A stretch of DNA of 64,000 nt from Chrysomallon squamiferum (Eukaryota > Animalia > Mollusca). The position numbers and the translations under genes were made by a program. The DNA lies in assembly GCA_012295275.1 (NCBI GenBank), contig CM022674.1:5766001-5830000 (forward strand). Direction: 5' to 3'. Below the pieces are notes generated by a model. The model had not been told where the DNA came from, did not search any database, and saw nothing but the letters and a program-made list of their open reading frames with translations. Shown here piece after piece: positions 15,142 to 28,481 of the stretch. How positions within the stretch are numbered: the stretch's first letter is position 1; each line of letters starts with the position of its first letter.

Positions 15142-15630
15142 GGACATGTAATAAAATACATACAAATTAAATTTCTTACTTCCTGGACTGTCATTTTGAC
15201 TTTTCCATATCTTTCAGGAGCAATAAAAAGCTTGGCAAATGTTAAAAAATATAGGTTAACAGTTTGTTGGGGTGGCTGTTTAAAAAAAATAAAAAAAATA
15301 AAAAGAAATATGAATACTTGGCATTTCAAAGTGGGTTTTTGGATCAAGGGTAAAATGGTCATCTTTACGAGTAGAACGTTTGTTTTCCATTTTGAAATAT
15401 GGCTTGTAAAGTGATCTGGTTCAGTGGCAGCATTAATTCCCATTCCACAGCCGAAGTATGAATTTTTTAGTAAATAAATGAGGTAGTGTAAGCTGAGTCA
15501 ATTCTTTCATGTTTGTGGAACATGCAGTATGTCGTAGCAAAAATAGTTTTTGTATTGTGTGTTGTTCTCTGTACATGTGTGTGTATGTGTGTTTGTGAGA
15601 GGGTGTATGAGAGTATTTGTGTTTGAGTAG

Positions 15631-15663
<33 letters not shown>

Positions 15664-15857
15664 GGGTGTGTGTGTGAGAGAGAAAGTCTGTTTGTTTTGT
15701 GTGTGTATGTGTCAATGAAATGTATGTGTGTATTTTTGTGTGTGTGTGTGAAATATATGTTTGTGTATGAATTTTGTGCATATGTGAGAAAAACAATGTG
15801 AATATGTTTTTGTGTATGAATATGTAACAATGTGAGAAAAACAATGTGTGTGTGTTT

Positions 15858-15910
<53 letters not shown>

Positions 15911-16444
15911 GGTGTGTGGGTGTATGTTTCAGTAGCTCCATATTGTAAATCACAAAGCATACGTGACCGAAACTTGCTGTGGTTTATTTTTATTCATATT
16001 CTGATCACCTGATACAGCACTCGCTACCTGTTCTGCCAGTGCAGAGTGTTTCACAATCACGCTTTCACTGACAAAATACAGGACACATAATTTACTAGGT
16101 AAAACACACCTTGAGGGTGGGAAGGTGTGAATACACAATTTACATAATGTATGGCTGTGCAGGCAAAATATAGTTTGATATTTTTCCAATTCATTACTTT
16201 AAAAAAAAATTAAAAAAATGTTGTAAAGAACATACTTGTGCTGGTTTGGAAATTAGTGTAAATATATTCTGAATATTTGAAAGTTGATTGTTTTTGTCTC
16301 TTAAATATGTTCTGTGATGGTGCAGAAGTTAGGCTGTGTTTAGTTTAGATATTTCAGAGTAGTTTTTATTGTTAATGGTAACTGGGTTGGTGCAGCCCTT
16401 CTTAAAACATCAGATTTGTTTCGTAAGCATTTGTAATTATAGCT

Positions 16445-16522
16445 GTCTAAGGCCACACCATGTTGAAAGCTCTGGTTTTCTTCTGATCATCAGAGTTTAA
16501 GCAAATTTAGCTTGTTTAGTAC
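16445..16522 (+). pseudogene. Decayed 5' fragment of 5S rRNA (pseudogene or 5S-derived SINE head)
   Basis: GTCTAAGGCCACACCATGTTGAAAGCTCTGGTTTTCTTCTGATCATCAGAGTTTAAGCAAATTTAGCTTGTTTAGTAC aligns by eye to the first ~78 nt of metazoan 5S rRNA (GTCTACGGCCATACCAC...GATC...AAGC...TTAGTAC). CpGs are mutated and the 3' third is missing. Confidence 0.75.
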
Positions 16523-18219
16523 CAGTAATATTCTGTATATTTTTAGTTAACTTTTTATTATTATTATTGTTATTGTTATTAATGGTATGAGCAAGCTGTC
16601 TAAATATGTGATCTGTGTTTATAATTTTCTCTTTTCTTTTGTTGTAAAGTAAACCTATCTATGGTCCAATGTATGTAAATATATTCTGTATATTATTGCA
16701 TTTATTATTATTATTATTTTTTTATTATTTTTTTTTTTTTATGTTAATATTAGTATCATCACAAAATCTAAGTTATTATTTTTTTTAAAGTAAATTTGCA
16801 TTTGTACAATAATAAGTTGTTGTTTTTTTCTTTATACATATGCCCTTGACATTTTTTTTTAAACGTATCCTTGTATTTGTGCAAGCAGTATGGTCTAAAT
16901 GTATTCTGTATTAGGATTTCAGTTTTCTTTTTTTTCTTCAACAGTCTTATTATAGAGTTTAAATTCATTCTCTACATTTGCTGGTTTACTTATTGATTTA
17001 TTTATTGACTGATTGATTGATTTATTATTTTTTGCTCTTTATTTTATTTCATTTTATTATTAAGTTTTTTTCATTTTTATTTATTTATTTATTTTTTTTT
17101 TTTTAAAGTTTACCTACAGCACTTTCGAACATAATATGTCTAAATATATTTTTGTTTATAATGAAATAGCTCTTTTATTTATTTCTTATGGTGCAAACAA
17201 AATTAAATACCATTATGTGGAGGTGTGATCAAATGGCCTAATACCCGTGAATACTTTTATCTGACTGTTTTATCTGTTTTGTTCCTGAAGCATATCTGTG
17301 GCGATATTAACTAGTAGAATAAATACATTCTGTTTGCTTTCAGCTGACAGTTTTATTTATTTATTTATTTTGTTATTATTTTTATTTATATATTTATTAT
17401 TATTTTATTTATTTATTTTCTATGTTGTGTGTGTTTGTGTAATTGTGTATTGTTTACTTCTTTCTTGTAAGAAAAAAGTTGTTTTTAATTTTATTTATCT
17501 TATATTTTTATATACTTTTATTTGTATATTTATATTTTATATACTTTTATTTGTATATTTATATTTAATTTACTTTTATTTGTATATTTATATTTTATAA
17601 ACTTGTATACAGTCTACCAATGTCTTGTCAAAAAATCTCTCTCCCTTTCTCTCTCTCTCACTCATTCCTGATGTCTTTGTTGTCCTGTCTCTGTCTTCTT
17701 CTTTCCTTCTCTCACTCCCTCTCTTTCATAACTCACTTTATTGCCTACAAAGAAAACAATCACACAAAAGCAGGTATAGACATATACTACAGATATGTGG
17801 GATACGTTCTAGCACTTAAACTGAACACTATTCACATTTTAACAGAAAGTCAACTGATATGACCATACCTGCTTTATCATCGCAGCCCAAGTTTTATACC
17901 CTATAACACTTTTACCGACATTTGCTCGCCACGGAATAATTTACTACTGTTGTCTGGATGTGTAAAATAATACATGGCACACTTAAAAGATTATAGTATA
18001 CCAAAAACAAAATATTTCATAGAGGCTTTATCCACTCTTGTTTGAAGAAGAAATTATACTTTCTAACCCCTTGTCGTTATGAGAAAAGCAATAATTTAGA
18101 GATAACACTGACACTGTTCAGTTGTTTCTTATCATGTACATATCCACGGTAAGTAGTTTTGTATTGGTTACCTAGAGATCTATCGAGAGGGTTTTTCAAA
18201 ATCTGATACACATGATCCA

Positions 18220-18725
18220 TTTAGTGAGATAAAAAAAATAAAAAAATAAAAAATTTTTTTTAATGAATTTTCAGTTGTTTATATAAAGGAGCCAATAAAT
18301 TAGAATTAACAACTGGAATTCTCTACAGAGAAGTAAAAAAAAAGAAAAAAAAAATGTTTATAAATAATCTTTTATTGTTTTTGTAAAGGAACCAATGAAT
18401 TAATAAGAAGGATATTCTCTACACTGAGATAAAATAAAATAATAAAAATAAAATAAATAATGTTTATAAATATTCTTTTATTGTTTATGTAAAGGAACCA
18501 ATGAATTAATAATAAGGATATTCTCTACACTGAGATAAAATAAAATAATAAAAATAAAATAAATAATGTTTATAAATATTCTTTTATTGTTTATGTAAAG
18601 GAACCAATGAATTAATAATAAGGATATTCTCTACACTGAGATAAAATAAAATAATAAAAATAAAATAAATAATGTTTATAAATATTCTTTTATTGTTTAT
18701 GTAAAGAAACCAATGAATTTACAAG
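18220..18725. repeat. Tandem repeat, 106-bp unit, about 4-5 copies
   Basis: GATATTCTCTACACTGAGAT recurs at 18411, 18517 and 18623; the first copies are diverged. Confidence 0.9.
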
Positions 18726-19731
18726 AAGCATAATGCTTCATTTTTTTCCTCATTCTTTTTTGAATGTTTAGATCATTTTCTATTTTTTATTATTATTTTT
18801 TTTTTAATGCTATAAGTGACATTATTTGAAAGCTGATTTTAAATTTATGTGTATATAACTTCATAGAAATCTAAATAAAGGTCTGCATAAATTTAAATAT
18901 GATTTATGGCAATTTAAATAGATATTTAAAGAAATGAAAACTTCACGGACTGAAAAGATTATTATCAATCTTATTTGTAATACATATACACACATGCACA
19001 CAGACACACATTCACACTCAGACACATACACATACACACAATACAAGCACACTATACACAGTTGTTCCTTTTATCCACTACAAAGCTTTCAGCTCCTTTT
19101 GTATCATCAAAATGTTTAATATCCTTGTAAACACAAACATAAACACACAAACACACTAACACACACACACATGCATGCACCAATGCACACACACACACAC
19201 ATATTACACAATTGTTCCTGTCTTCCACTACTAAGCTTCTGAAACATTTTTCCATCATTGAAATTTAAACAGATCTTCTTGTAAAACATGTCGCTGTTAC
19301 CAAGTCTGGAGTTAAACTGCTGTCGTAGCCCTTTATTGCTTTCACTACTACTTAGTTTCTATATTTAGTCACTGACGATGAAATAATGGAATCGATAAGA
19401 AAAAAAAAAAAAAAAAAAAAAAACTAGGCTGATAATGGGTTTTGGTTAATATACACAAATGAACCTTGTGTTTATTTGTCTCTGTATCCATAAACAAAAC
19501 ATTCAGCTAGTTGGATCACGTACTCTCAGAAAGTTTTGTACAACATGATTTATTGATCCAGTGTTCTAAAAAAAAAAAAAAAAATCCATCACTTACGAGT
19601 CCAACATTATCTGTTTTTCTTTTATCTTTTTTTTTTTTCTGTCTTTCTTTGTTTTCCTGTTTCTCTTTTTCTCTCCTCCACTATCTGTCTATCTCTCATT
19701 GTATGTCTATTTCTACCTTTATTTTTTTTTT

Positions 19732-19790
<59 letters not shown>

Positions 19791-19995
19791 CTCTCTCATT
19801 TTCACCATCATTCACTCTTTCTTTTTGTCTCTTTGTCCCATCATTTTTTTTTTTTCCCCTTTTGTTTTCATCTTTCTCCTTGTCGCTAATGTCACTCTCC
19901 CTCTGTCGAGTTTATCTCCTTATTCCACTAAATCTATAAACACAGGTAGCCCAGAGCAGGATTGGATTCCTCAACACAAGCTGGACGTTTGGTTT

Positions 19996-20009
19996 GTTCC
20001 CATGGAAAC
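19996..20009. promoter_or_regulatory. RFX X-box motif
   Basis: GTTCCCATGGAAAC, near-perfect palindromic X-box; flanked by CAGGTA/CAGGTG boxes and AACCGGTT at 20167. Confidence 0.5.
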
Positions 20010-20166
20010 GGGTACATCAGGTGAGAGAATGACACTGCATAGTTTATCTTTGTATCCAGGTAACAATCGTTATAAATGCAGCATGCTAAAAGGAACAGTT
20101 AATGTTTAAGGCTGGATGGCGGTGTTGTAATTATAGACGTGTGGGACGTGAAGGTTTTTTGAAGAT

Positions 20167-20174
20167 AACCGGTT
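20167..20174. promoter_or_regulatory. Grainyhead/GRHL consensus site
   Basis: Perfect palindrome AACCGGTT. Confidence 0.4.
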
Positions 20175-22159
20175 TCCTGAGGTGTTGATGGACAAAAAAA
20201 AAAAAAGAAAAGAGAAATAAGTATTGTGTTGTCATTGGTTGCAGTAGAAAAAAGACAAAAGAAAAGAGGTGAGGAATAAATATGAGAGAAAGAAGAAGAG
20301 ATAAGAGCAGAAATTACGAAAGAAAGAAGAAGAGGGGAGATGGAGAAATGTGAAAGAAAGAAGAGGAGGGAAGATGAAGAAATGTGAAAGAATGAAGATG
20401 AGGGAAGAGGGTGATATAAGATAAAGAGTTGTGACTGTTTCAGTGTGACACAGAACGAGATCGGATGAAAGAGAATATTGACAGACGTAGAGCAGCATGC
20501 CACTGTGACGGTAGTTGTTACTGAATCGCTGTGTGCTACATGACCTGCAGTGTACTGGTTTGGGCGGTTTTTCGTACTCGTTCAGTTAACTTCACAGGCG
20601 ACAAACACGTTCCCGGTAATACAGGTCTGTGTCAAAGTCAAGTTTTTCTTCTTTTTTTTTTTTTCCTTTTTTTTCTTCCTTCACGACAAAAAAGAAAAAA
20701 ATTTCAAACACAGAGAGAGAGATTTTTTAGGAGTGGCTCAGAAGGTCAACAAAAGAAGACTGACCTTTTTGTTTTAATTATTCCATTTTCTTTTTTCTTT
20801 TTTTATCTTTTCATGTTATTTTCTCCCACTGTGTCTGGTATATTTTATTTTTTTTATTTTTTTTGCTGCGTAACTACTGCTGGACAAACGAAAGAAACAG
20901 CCAGGTTGGTGGGTTGATTTTCTTTTTTTTTACTTCTTCTTCTTCTCGTCTTTCTTTCTTTCTTTTATTATCTCTGGTCAGGCAAAACCGAGGTGGGGTT
21001 GCTCAGTGATTGGTGGGTGACGATGTGTACACTGCTGTTGAGGTTAAAACCACACTGCTCGGGTATTCACATTGGCTAGTTTAGTTAAGCTGTACCAACG
21101 TGAGGGTGGATCACCTCATTACCTTGTGGGATATATAGAAGTTTATATCAACTGTTGCCACGTTTTTGACTGTGGTCAGGAGTGACTAGAGAAATGTGGG
21201 GGCTTGTAAAGGAGAAAAAGGAGAAAAAGAAAGAGAAACTTTAAACAGAAGATTACTGAAACATGAGACAACGAGGACAAAAAGAGCCTGGAGGTATTTT
21301 AATTTAGATATATGTCTGTGAAGGTGAAATATTTTCAGCTTGTGTGTAGCAGAAAAAAATGAAAGGAAAAAAGAATATTTTTGTATTTTAACAGACTGTG
21401 AGGGAGAATAACTTTATTACTTGGACAGACATCATTCTCTTTTCACATTCAGGACGATGATGGTAACACTGAAATAAGGAAAATATCTGAGAAAAAGGTA
21501 AAAAAAAAGAATGAAAAATAATGAAATAAATAGATTTAATAGATAAGTTATATTCTGACTTATTTAAAAAAACAACAGTGAAACAATTTATTACTCGTCA
21601 GTGACAGACAATTAAACTTGAATATTAATCCAGTTTGGAACAGCCTGTGAAAAGAAGACACACACAGAGCAATCAATATGTTGTTGTTACCTGGTAAACA
21701 TTTACAGGCGTGCAGGAAAACTGTATGTACTAACAACTGCAGTTGCTGTGCTTGAAAAAAAAATATGAAGATAACTCGGTTAAAAAAAACAACAACAGAA
21801 ATCAAGCTTTCGAGGAGAAACAAAAAGAAAGACAATAGTTTTAACACTTTGAAACCCGGTGAGCCTTTTTACAAGGCTTTGTGTGTGTGTGTGTGTGTGT
21901 GTGTGTGATAAAAAAACAACATCACCACTGTTATGTTTTCATTGTTAGGAAGGTGATTCGACACTGAGGATTTCTACAAGTAAAAAGACAAACAAGATTT
22001 AACTTTAATAGATCATTTACAGGGTAAAGTACTCGCTTTCACGTACTGCATATTCTAATGACTTGGGTGTGCAGCAAACAAAGCTAGTCATCAAAAGCAT
22101 GAAGTCAACTGCATTTAATACAGATAGACTGAGGATGAAACAGAGATACAGTAACAGGA

Positions 22160-22300
22160 AAAAAAACAGAGTGAGTAATAGGAAAAAAGAGACACAGTGA
22201 GTAATAGAAAAAAGAGACACAGTGAGTAATAGAAAAAATAGACAGTGTGGGCAGCAGGAAAAGAGACAGAATGAGTAACAGAAAAAGAGACAGAGAGACA
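22160..22300. repeat. Short minisatellite, ~23-bp unit
   Basis: GAGACACAGTGAGTAATAGAAAAA repeated with divergence. Confidence 0.7.
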
Positions 22301-23199
22301 GAAACATAACTGCAACAGATGACACATAAGAGTGATATATTGTATTACTGCTCAGAGTCCATACTGAGTTTTTAATCTTGCTACTGTTTTTAATCTATCT
22401 ACGAAGATAACAGTGAAAGAAGATAAAGAAAAAAAAGAGAGAACTGCAGTGCAGCAGCAGAAGATGAAAGGTATTTTGTTACCATCCAAAACATCTACAA
22501 GTGTATGTACTCACAACAACCACTTCTGTTACGAAATTACGAAGATACCAGCACATCAGTAAAAACAAAGATGTCAAAAAAAACAGACAGAGACACTTTA
22601 TTGAAGTAAATTAATTTGCTATTTCACCTACGAATTTTACATCAGTTTACATAATACGACCACTCTTCCCATGTTTGAAGCAACAAAGAAAACAACAGCA
22701 GTCATAAAATAAAACAGACATATCTAATTGCCAAATGCGAAGGTATTTTCTTACATCAGACAAAAATGTAGCAGATTACATGCACAACTATGGCAGCCAT
22801 GTTTTGAAACTATGAAGATAACAAAGAAGAGAACTAATTGCTGTGGATGACGATACAAATATTTTGTTACCTCATGTCCTGTGTTGCAGATTATACCTAC
22901 AACTTGGTTGCCATGTTTCAGCACTTCAAGATACAGTCTTCCCAGATTTGTCCATGAGAAATGAAGTCAGGAATGAGACATAGTTGTAACTGATCAGGGT
23001 GGAGCACAGTGTGTTACCTCATGGGACAGGTAGAGTTTTGTATGTGAACAGCTACTGTTGCTGAGTTTTAGCAGGACTGAGATTATTAAAGCATGAGATA
23101 GTCTGCAATATAATCTGAGAAAATGAAACTTTACCATAGACGACTTATTTCTTAGTTGGATGCATGGTGGCGTTATTTAGTTAAATATACAACATGTTA

Positions 23200-23660
23200 A
23201 GTTGGTTAAGAAGATAACTTTTTACTTGGTTTGTAAGATGACTCTTTAACTTGGTTAAATAGAGGACCTTTTTTTTATTTTTTAGTTAATATATGACATG
23301 TTATTTTGTTAAATATATGACTTTTTTTTTAACTTGGTTAAATAGATAACTTTTTTACATTGTTAAGTAGATGAAATTTTACTTTGTTAAGTAGATGAAA
23401 TTTTACTTGGTTATGTAGATGAAATTTTACTTGGTTAAGTAGATGAAATTTTACTTGGTTAAGTGGAGGACTTTTTACTTTGTTATGTAGGTGAAATTTT
23501 ACTTGGTTAAGTAGATGACTTATTACTTTGTTAAGTAGATGACTTTTTACTTTGTTAAGTGGATGAAATTTTACTTTGTTAAGTAGAGGACTTATTACTT
23601 TGTTAAGTAGATGAAATTTTACTTGGTTAAGTGGAGGACTTTTTGCTTTGTTAAGTATGT
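23200..23660. repeat. Minisatellite, 24-bp unit
   Basis: TTACTTGGTTAAGTAGATGAAATT and variants in tandem. Confidence 0.9.
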
Positions 23661-23815
23661 GATGATTGTATACAGCTATTGTTGCTACCTCTCGTATCTA
23701 AGTAGGAAAGTGGCACAATGACAGATTATCCGAAAGATAAATATTTAATTTTAATGACTGGTGAAATAGAAATACCTAATTACATTGGTAAGCAAACACA
23801 AGTTTGTATATATAT

Positions 23816-23851
<36 letters not shown>

Positions 23852-24419
23852 TAATGACTTATTATATATATATATAGTTGTTATTTTTGAACTGTGAACA
23901 AAACCATCGGATCATTCATGTGATAGAGAAAGATAAAACTAAAGAACAAAAGACAATGGGATTAGAGAAAAAGATAGACTTAAATACAAGAAACCTCTGC
24001 ACCACTGAATTCCCTCAGTGAATGAGAGAAAAGGAAAAATGGAAAGAGAGACAGAAAGAAGAAAAGAAAAATAATTACAGCAAACGAGGACAGGAGATTA
24101 TGTTACCAGTAGGACACAAAAGCACTCTTGCCATACAAAAACAACTGTTGTTATGTTTCAGTATTGGAAAAAAATAATACAAAATGGCCTGAGAGAAAAA
24201 AAAAAACAGAGAGAGAAAGTGAGACGTTAAAAAAAAAAACTGTTACATATGACTCTTGCTTTTTAAAAAAAACAAAAATAACATTTACTGCCATAATATT
24301 TTCACCTGGGAAGTTTTGAAAAAAAAAGAGAAGAAAACAGGTGATGATTTGTACTTCAAATGTCACAGGAGAAAAGAGACAGAAGCCGAATCAGTTGTGC
24401 AAAGTTTTAGTAATCTTGT

Positions 24420-24790
24420 TTCACATCGTTCGTCCTGAACTGTGCGGCTACCACTAGATTGGATTGAACTGTCAGCCTATAGGGATAGAAAGTCACGGCT
24501 CAGTGGGTTTCTGCGGTAGCCGGCCGGCCAAGCGGAACGGTTGAGTCAGGCTTTGTTGCAGTGCACATTTTATACCTGGCCCGTCGACATTCACCTGTGT
24601 GTCGTTTCGTTCCTTTTTCGTTCTCTCCGTCCTCCGGTTTCGACGTCTTGGCGTTACCAACCTGTGGAATTTTTACCTGTGTCGTTTCGTGCTTGACGAG
24701 TTTTTTTGTTATTCGAAAAAATTCTCTACAGCTTTTCGTATGTTACACTTTTCTAACCTACGCACCTGGCTGCCTTTCTTTCACGGATGA
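24420..24790 (+). promoter_or_regulatory. CpG-rich putative pri-mir-8 promoter/5' region
   Basis: The most CpG/GC-rich patch of the window, 1.1-1.4 kb upstream of mir-8. Contains AP-1-like TGAGTCA (24542-24548) and four CACCTG/TACCTG boxes (24573, 24592, 24674, 24763). A strong donor AAG|GTAAGT at 26299/26300 downstream of the hairpin could end a host exon. Confidence 0.5.
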
Positions 24791-25341
24791 TTTTTTTAAA
24801 ATTTTATTTTATTTTTTTATTATCTTTATTTTAATGTCGTTGCTAGTGGTGGTAACCGACATTTTGGAGAAATGGAAGGTTTTGTTGGCTTTCACTTGTG
24901 TTTTATTTTTAAACTGGAGAAAAAAACAACTAAAAAAAAGCAACACAACCAGTAATGCTTTGCCTTGCTCAGGATTTTTCTTCAACGCTTTGGTTTTTGC
25001 ACTGTTTGGCTCTATTTTTTATGTATTTATTTCTTAAATAGGTACAGCTTCTTAGTTATTATTATCATTATTATAATTATTATTATTATTAATATTATTA
25101 TTTTAATTTTTATTATGATATGTTAATTCTTACTTTAAATTATTACTATGTTTTTAAGATTCGTTAATGATAACTCACAAAATTATTTTTAGAATATATT
25201 TATTAATATTTATTTTGTATTTTTACTAATATTTATTTTAATTTCTTTATTAACCTCTTTATTATTTTTTTTTGTATTCATTTAACTATTTTTTCTTTGT
25301 TTATTTATTATTTATTTGGTTTATTTTTTGATTTTATTAAC

Positions 25342-25373
<32 letters not shown>

Positions 25374-25746
25374 TTGTTCTTTGTTATTTGGTTTATTTAT
25401 TATTTATATATTTAGTTATTTTTTTTACTTATTTATTTATTTATTAAGTTATTTATTTAGTTATTTTATTTTACTTATTAACTTATTTATTTATTAACTT
25501 ATTTATTAACTTATTTATTTATTTATTAACTTATTTATTTATTAACTTATTTATTTATTTATGTATTTATTTATTTATTTATTTCGCTTGCTGCTGAATT
25601 CACATCAACACAGTCAGCGGAAGCAGATCTCGAGAGCAACGAAATCGAAAACGTCACTGGTGTTAGGCCTCCTTCTCCTTCTCCTTCTCCTCCTACTCCT
25701 CCTACTCCTTCTGCTCCGCCCATTTCTTTTCCCCACCACCACCACC

Positions 25747-25780
<34 letters not shown>

Positions 25781-25826
25781 CTGGCCGTGGCCTCCATCAG
25801 TGACACACTATGACTTTGTCATCGAG

Positions 25827-25910
25827 CTCTGGCACCATCTTACCTAGCAGCATTAGAAGATTTGTGGAAATTGCTGCCTCTAATACTGTCAGGTAAAGAT
25901 GTTGACAGAG
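25827..25910 (+). ncRNA. mir-8: mir-8 (miR-200/141/429 family) precursor hairpin
   Basis: 3p arm TAATACTGTCAGGTAAAGATGTT (25881-25903) matches the known miR-8-3p sequence (seed AAUACUG). 5p arm CATCTTACCTAGCAGCATTAGA (25836-25857) matches miR-8-5p except two central bases. The arms are complementary, flanks CTCTG/CAGAG extend the stem, and a CNNC motif (CAGC, 25920-25923) lies 17 nt downstream. Confidence 0.97.
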
Positions 25911-26206
25911 TTTGTTTATCAGCATTCGCAGAGTCGGGACGATAATTTCCGAGAACTCGGGATGGATTGGCTCAGACTGACTGCCACTGTACAATGCCGC
26001 CTGTATGCCGCCTGTCTGCTGCAGCACTTTAGTGTTTAAAAACGAAAAAAAAACGAAAAAAAAAAAAAAAAAAAAAGCCACGTTTTTTTTTCTTCTTTCA
26101 TCACTGAGCACGCTCTCGTATAGATCATTTGCACACCTCACTCAAGATTTCAATGTACTGCTGCTGCTTCAATGTCTTTCTCACTGAGGATTTTGCTTTG
26201 TTTTTG

Positions 26207-26243
<37 letters not shown>

Positions 26244-27260
26244 CGATGGAACAGTTTGGTATTTTTTGTAATCGTAACTTAGTGTTTGTTTGAATAAAGG
26301 TAAGTGAATAATTTTAAATATTTTTAATTTTTAATTTAAAATAATGATATTTTAAAAAATGTGCATTATTTAATTTATTTATTTATTTATTTATTTTAAA
26401 TTATAAAAAAATTTCTGTATAAATTATTGAAAGAATTATAATACAGTGATCAAAAATCATAAATTAATAATATAGTAGAATATTAAATAATAATTTAAAA
26501 ACCATAAAATGAATAATGTTATAAATAAATTAATAAAAAAAATTATTTTAATAAAGGGATATTAAAATATATTTTTTTCTTTTTCTGATATAATGTTTTG
26601 TTTATAACAAAAAAAGGATATTATATTTATTTAAGGTATTTATTGCATTTTAATTATGTGTGTGTGTGTGTGTGTGTGCATGTGTAAAACCAAATTAATG
26701 TATGATATAATAAGATATTAATAAAAATATTATTGTTCAGTTATTTATTTGATTTCCTTCATAAAAACACAAATTTATATAATTTAGATTTGTCACTGGT
26801 AACATTATTATATTTTTATTCAGAAATAATAGGTGTACTGCTTTTGAAATTAACATATTAATTTCATATTTATTTAAGCATAAAAATACAAATATTAAAT
26901 AGTTTAAAAAAAAATAAAATATGAAATTAATTTCAGTTTTGTGAAAGTGGAATATAAAATTAATCACTTTTTATTTCAATTAATAACTAAATGATTTCTT
27001 ATTAACTGGGTTTTTTTGGGTGGGGTTTTCATTTTATTTTTTTTTTTTTTAGTATGTACTCCTATTCTTCTTATACTTTTAATCTCAAAGTTATAGAAAA
27101 AGCACTGATTATTTTCTTCTTTCAAAGTAATAAATAAAATGTAAAATTAATTCTAGGACAATAAAAACTTTGTATAATGTTAACTTTTCAAGTTGTTTAT
27201 AGGTATTGTCAAATCTTTACATTTAAAAAAGTAAAACTAAAACTAAAGTAACAGTGGTAA

Positions 27261-27291
<31 letters not shown>

Positions 27292-28035
27292 AAGAGAAAA
27301 GAATGATTTAATTTTCTTTGCTAAATGTTTAATTTTTTGTCTCCCCTTTTAGACTTTTTAATTTGAAAGATACAATTTTATAAAAATTTAAACAATAATG
27401 AAATCTTCTAACATATAGTTTCTGAGCAGAAACACACACATTATACATACATATATATATATGAATAAAACTGAACTGAACTTAATTTTTATTTTCTTTT
27501 CTTTTTTTTTCTTTTACTGCAGAAATAAAAAGTTCAAAAAAAAAATAGGAATTTTAATCCATATTTTTAACTTTTTGCATTAAAGAAAAAACTCAACTTT
27601 TATTTAATTTTTATTCATTTTTCTAAAAAGAAATTAGAATATATTGTTATTAAATTTATTCCTAATTCTATTATTTTGTTGACTTATTTTTAAATTGTGG
27701 GAAAAAAATTAGATTTAATTGCATTTCAGATTTTAAAAATTTTTGTTATGTAAAAAACATTCACTTTATTTTTTTTTAAATATTATTTGTTTTCTGTTGT
27801 ACATAATTAATTACGCAAACTCCAAAACCTAAATTAAAATTTTTCTGAATCCAACACTATTTTTTTTAACAAATCTCATTTCATTAACTCGTTCTAAATT
27901 TAAATATTTTATTTTTATTTGAAAATCTTTTTAACAAGATGAATGTTTAATTCATCTAAGCCATATGGTCAGCATATACACAGCCTCTGGGTGACAACAA
28001 TAGCACTTTTTAATATCAAATGATGTTCTCGCACA

Positions 28036-28099
28036 CAGGTAAACAAGATATTAAACGTTCTCATTAATTATTGATACCTGTCAGGTGAAAATGCAGGTA
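28036..28099. promoter_or_regulatory. Dense ZEB/Zfh1- or Snail-type E/Z-box cluster
   Basis: CAGGTA 28036, TACCTG 28075, CAGGTG 28082 and CAGGTA 28094 within 64 bp of otherwise very AT-rich DNA, 2.2 kb downstream of mir-8. Confidence 0.45.
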
Positions 28100-28431
28100 A
28101 CATCTGTCCTTCAGATTTTGTATAAAATAAAAGTAGCACAATTAACTGACAGGCACATAGTAAATTAATTAAAAATTAAATAGATTTTGATGTAATGCCT
28201 AAGTTTAATGTAAAAAAAAAAGAAAAAAAGAAAAGGATAATGAACATTAAATAAATATATTAGCATATGTGTATATGTGTGTGTGTATGTGTGTATCTGT
28301 GAGCATGTGTGTATTGATATGCATGTGTATGTGTGTATTTATTCTCATCTATATATATTTTTATGGTTTTTAGAATATTTTCTTCTTTTTTTTTCACACT
28401 TTTATTATTATTTATTATTATATTATAATTA

Positions 28432-28481
<50 letters not shown>

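Noticed and set aside
24561-25037. 158-aa hydrophobic ORF upstream of mir-8
   Set aside because: GTG start and F/L/V bias explained by T-rich sequence; more likely non-coding pri-miRNA leader.
25797-26141. Minus-strand 114-aa ORF with an apparent donor TAG|GTAAGA
   Set aside because: It is the antisense of the mir-8 hairpin; the apparent donor is the reverse complement of the conserved 5p arm.
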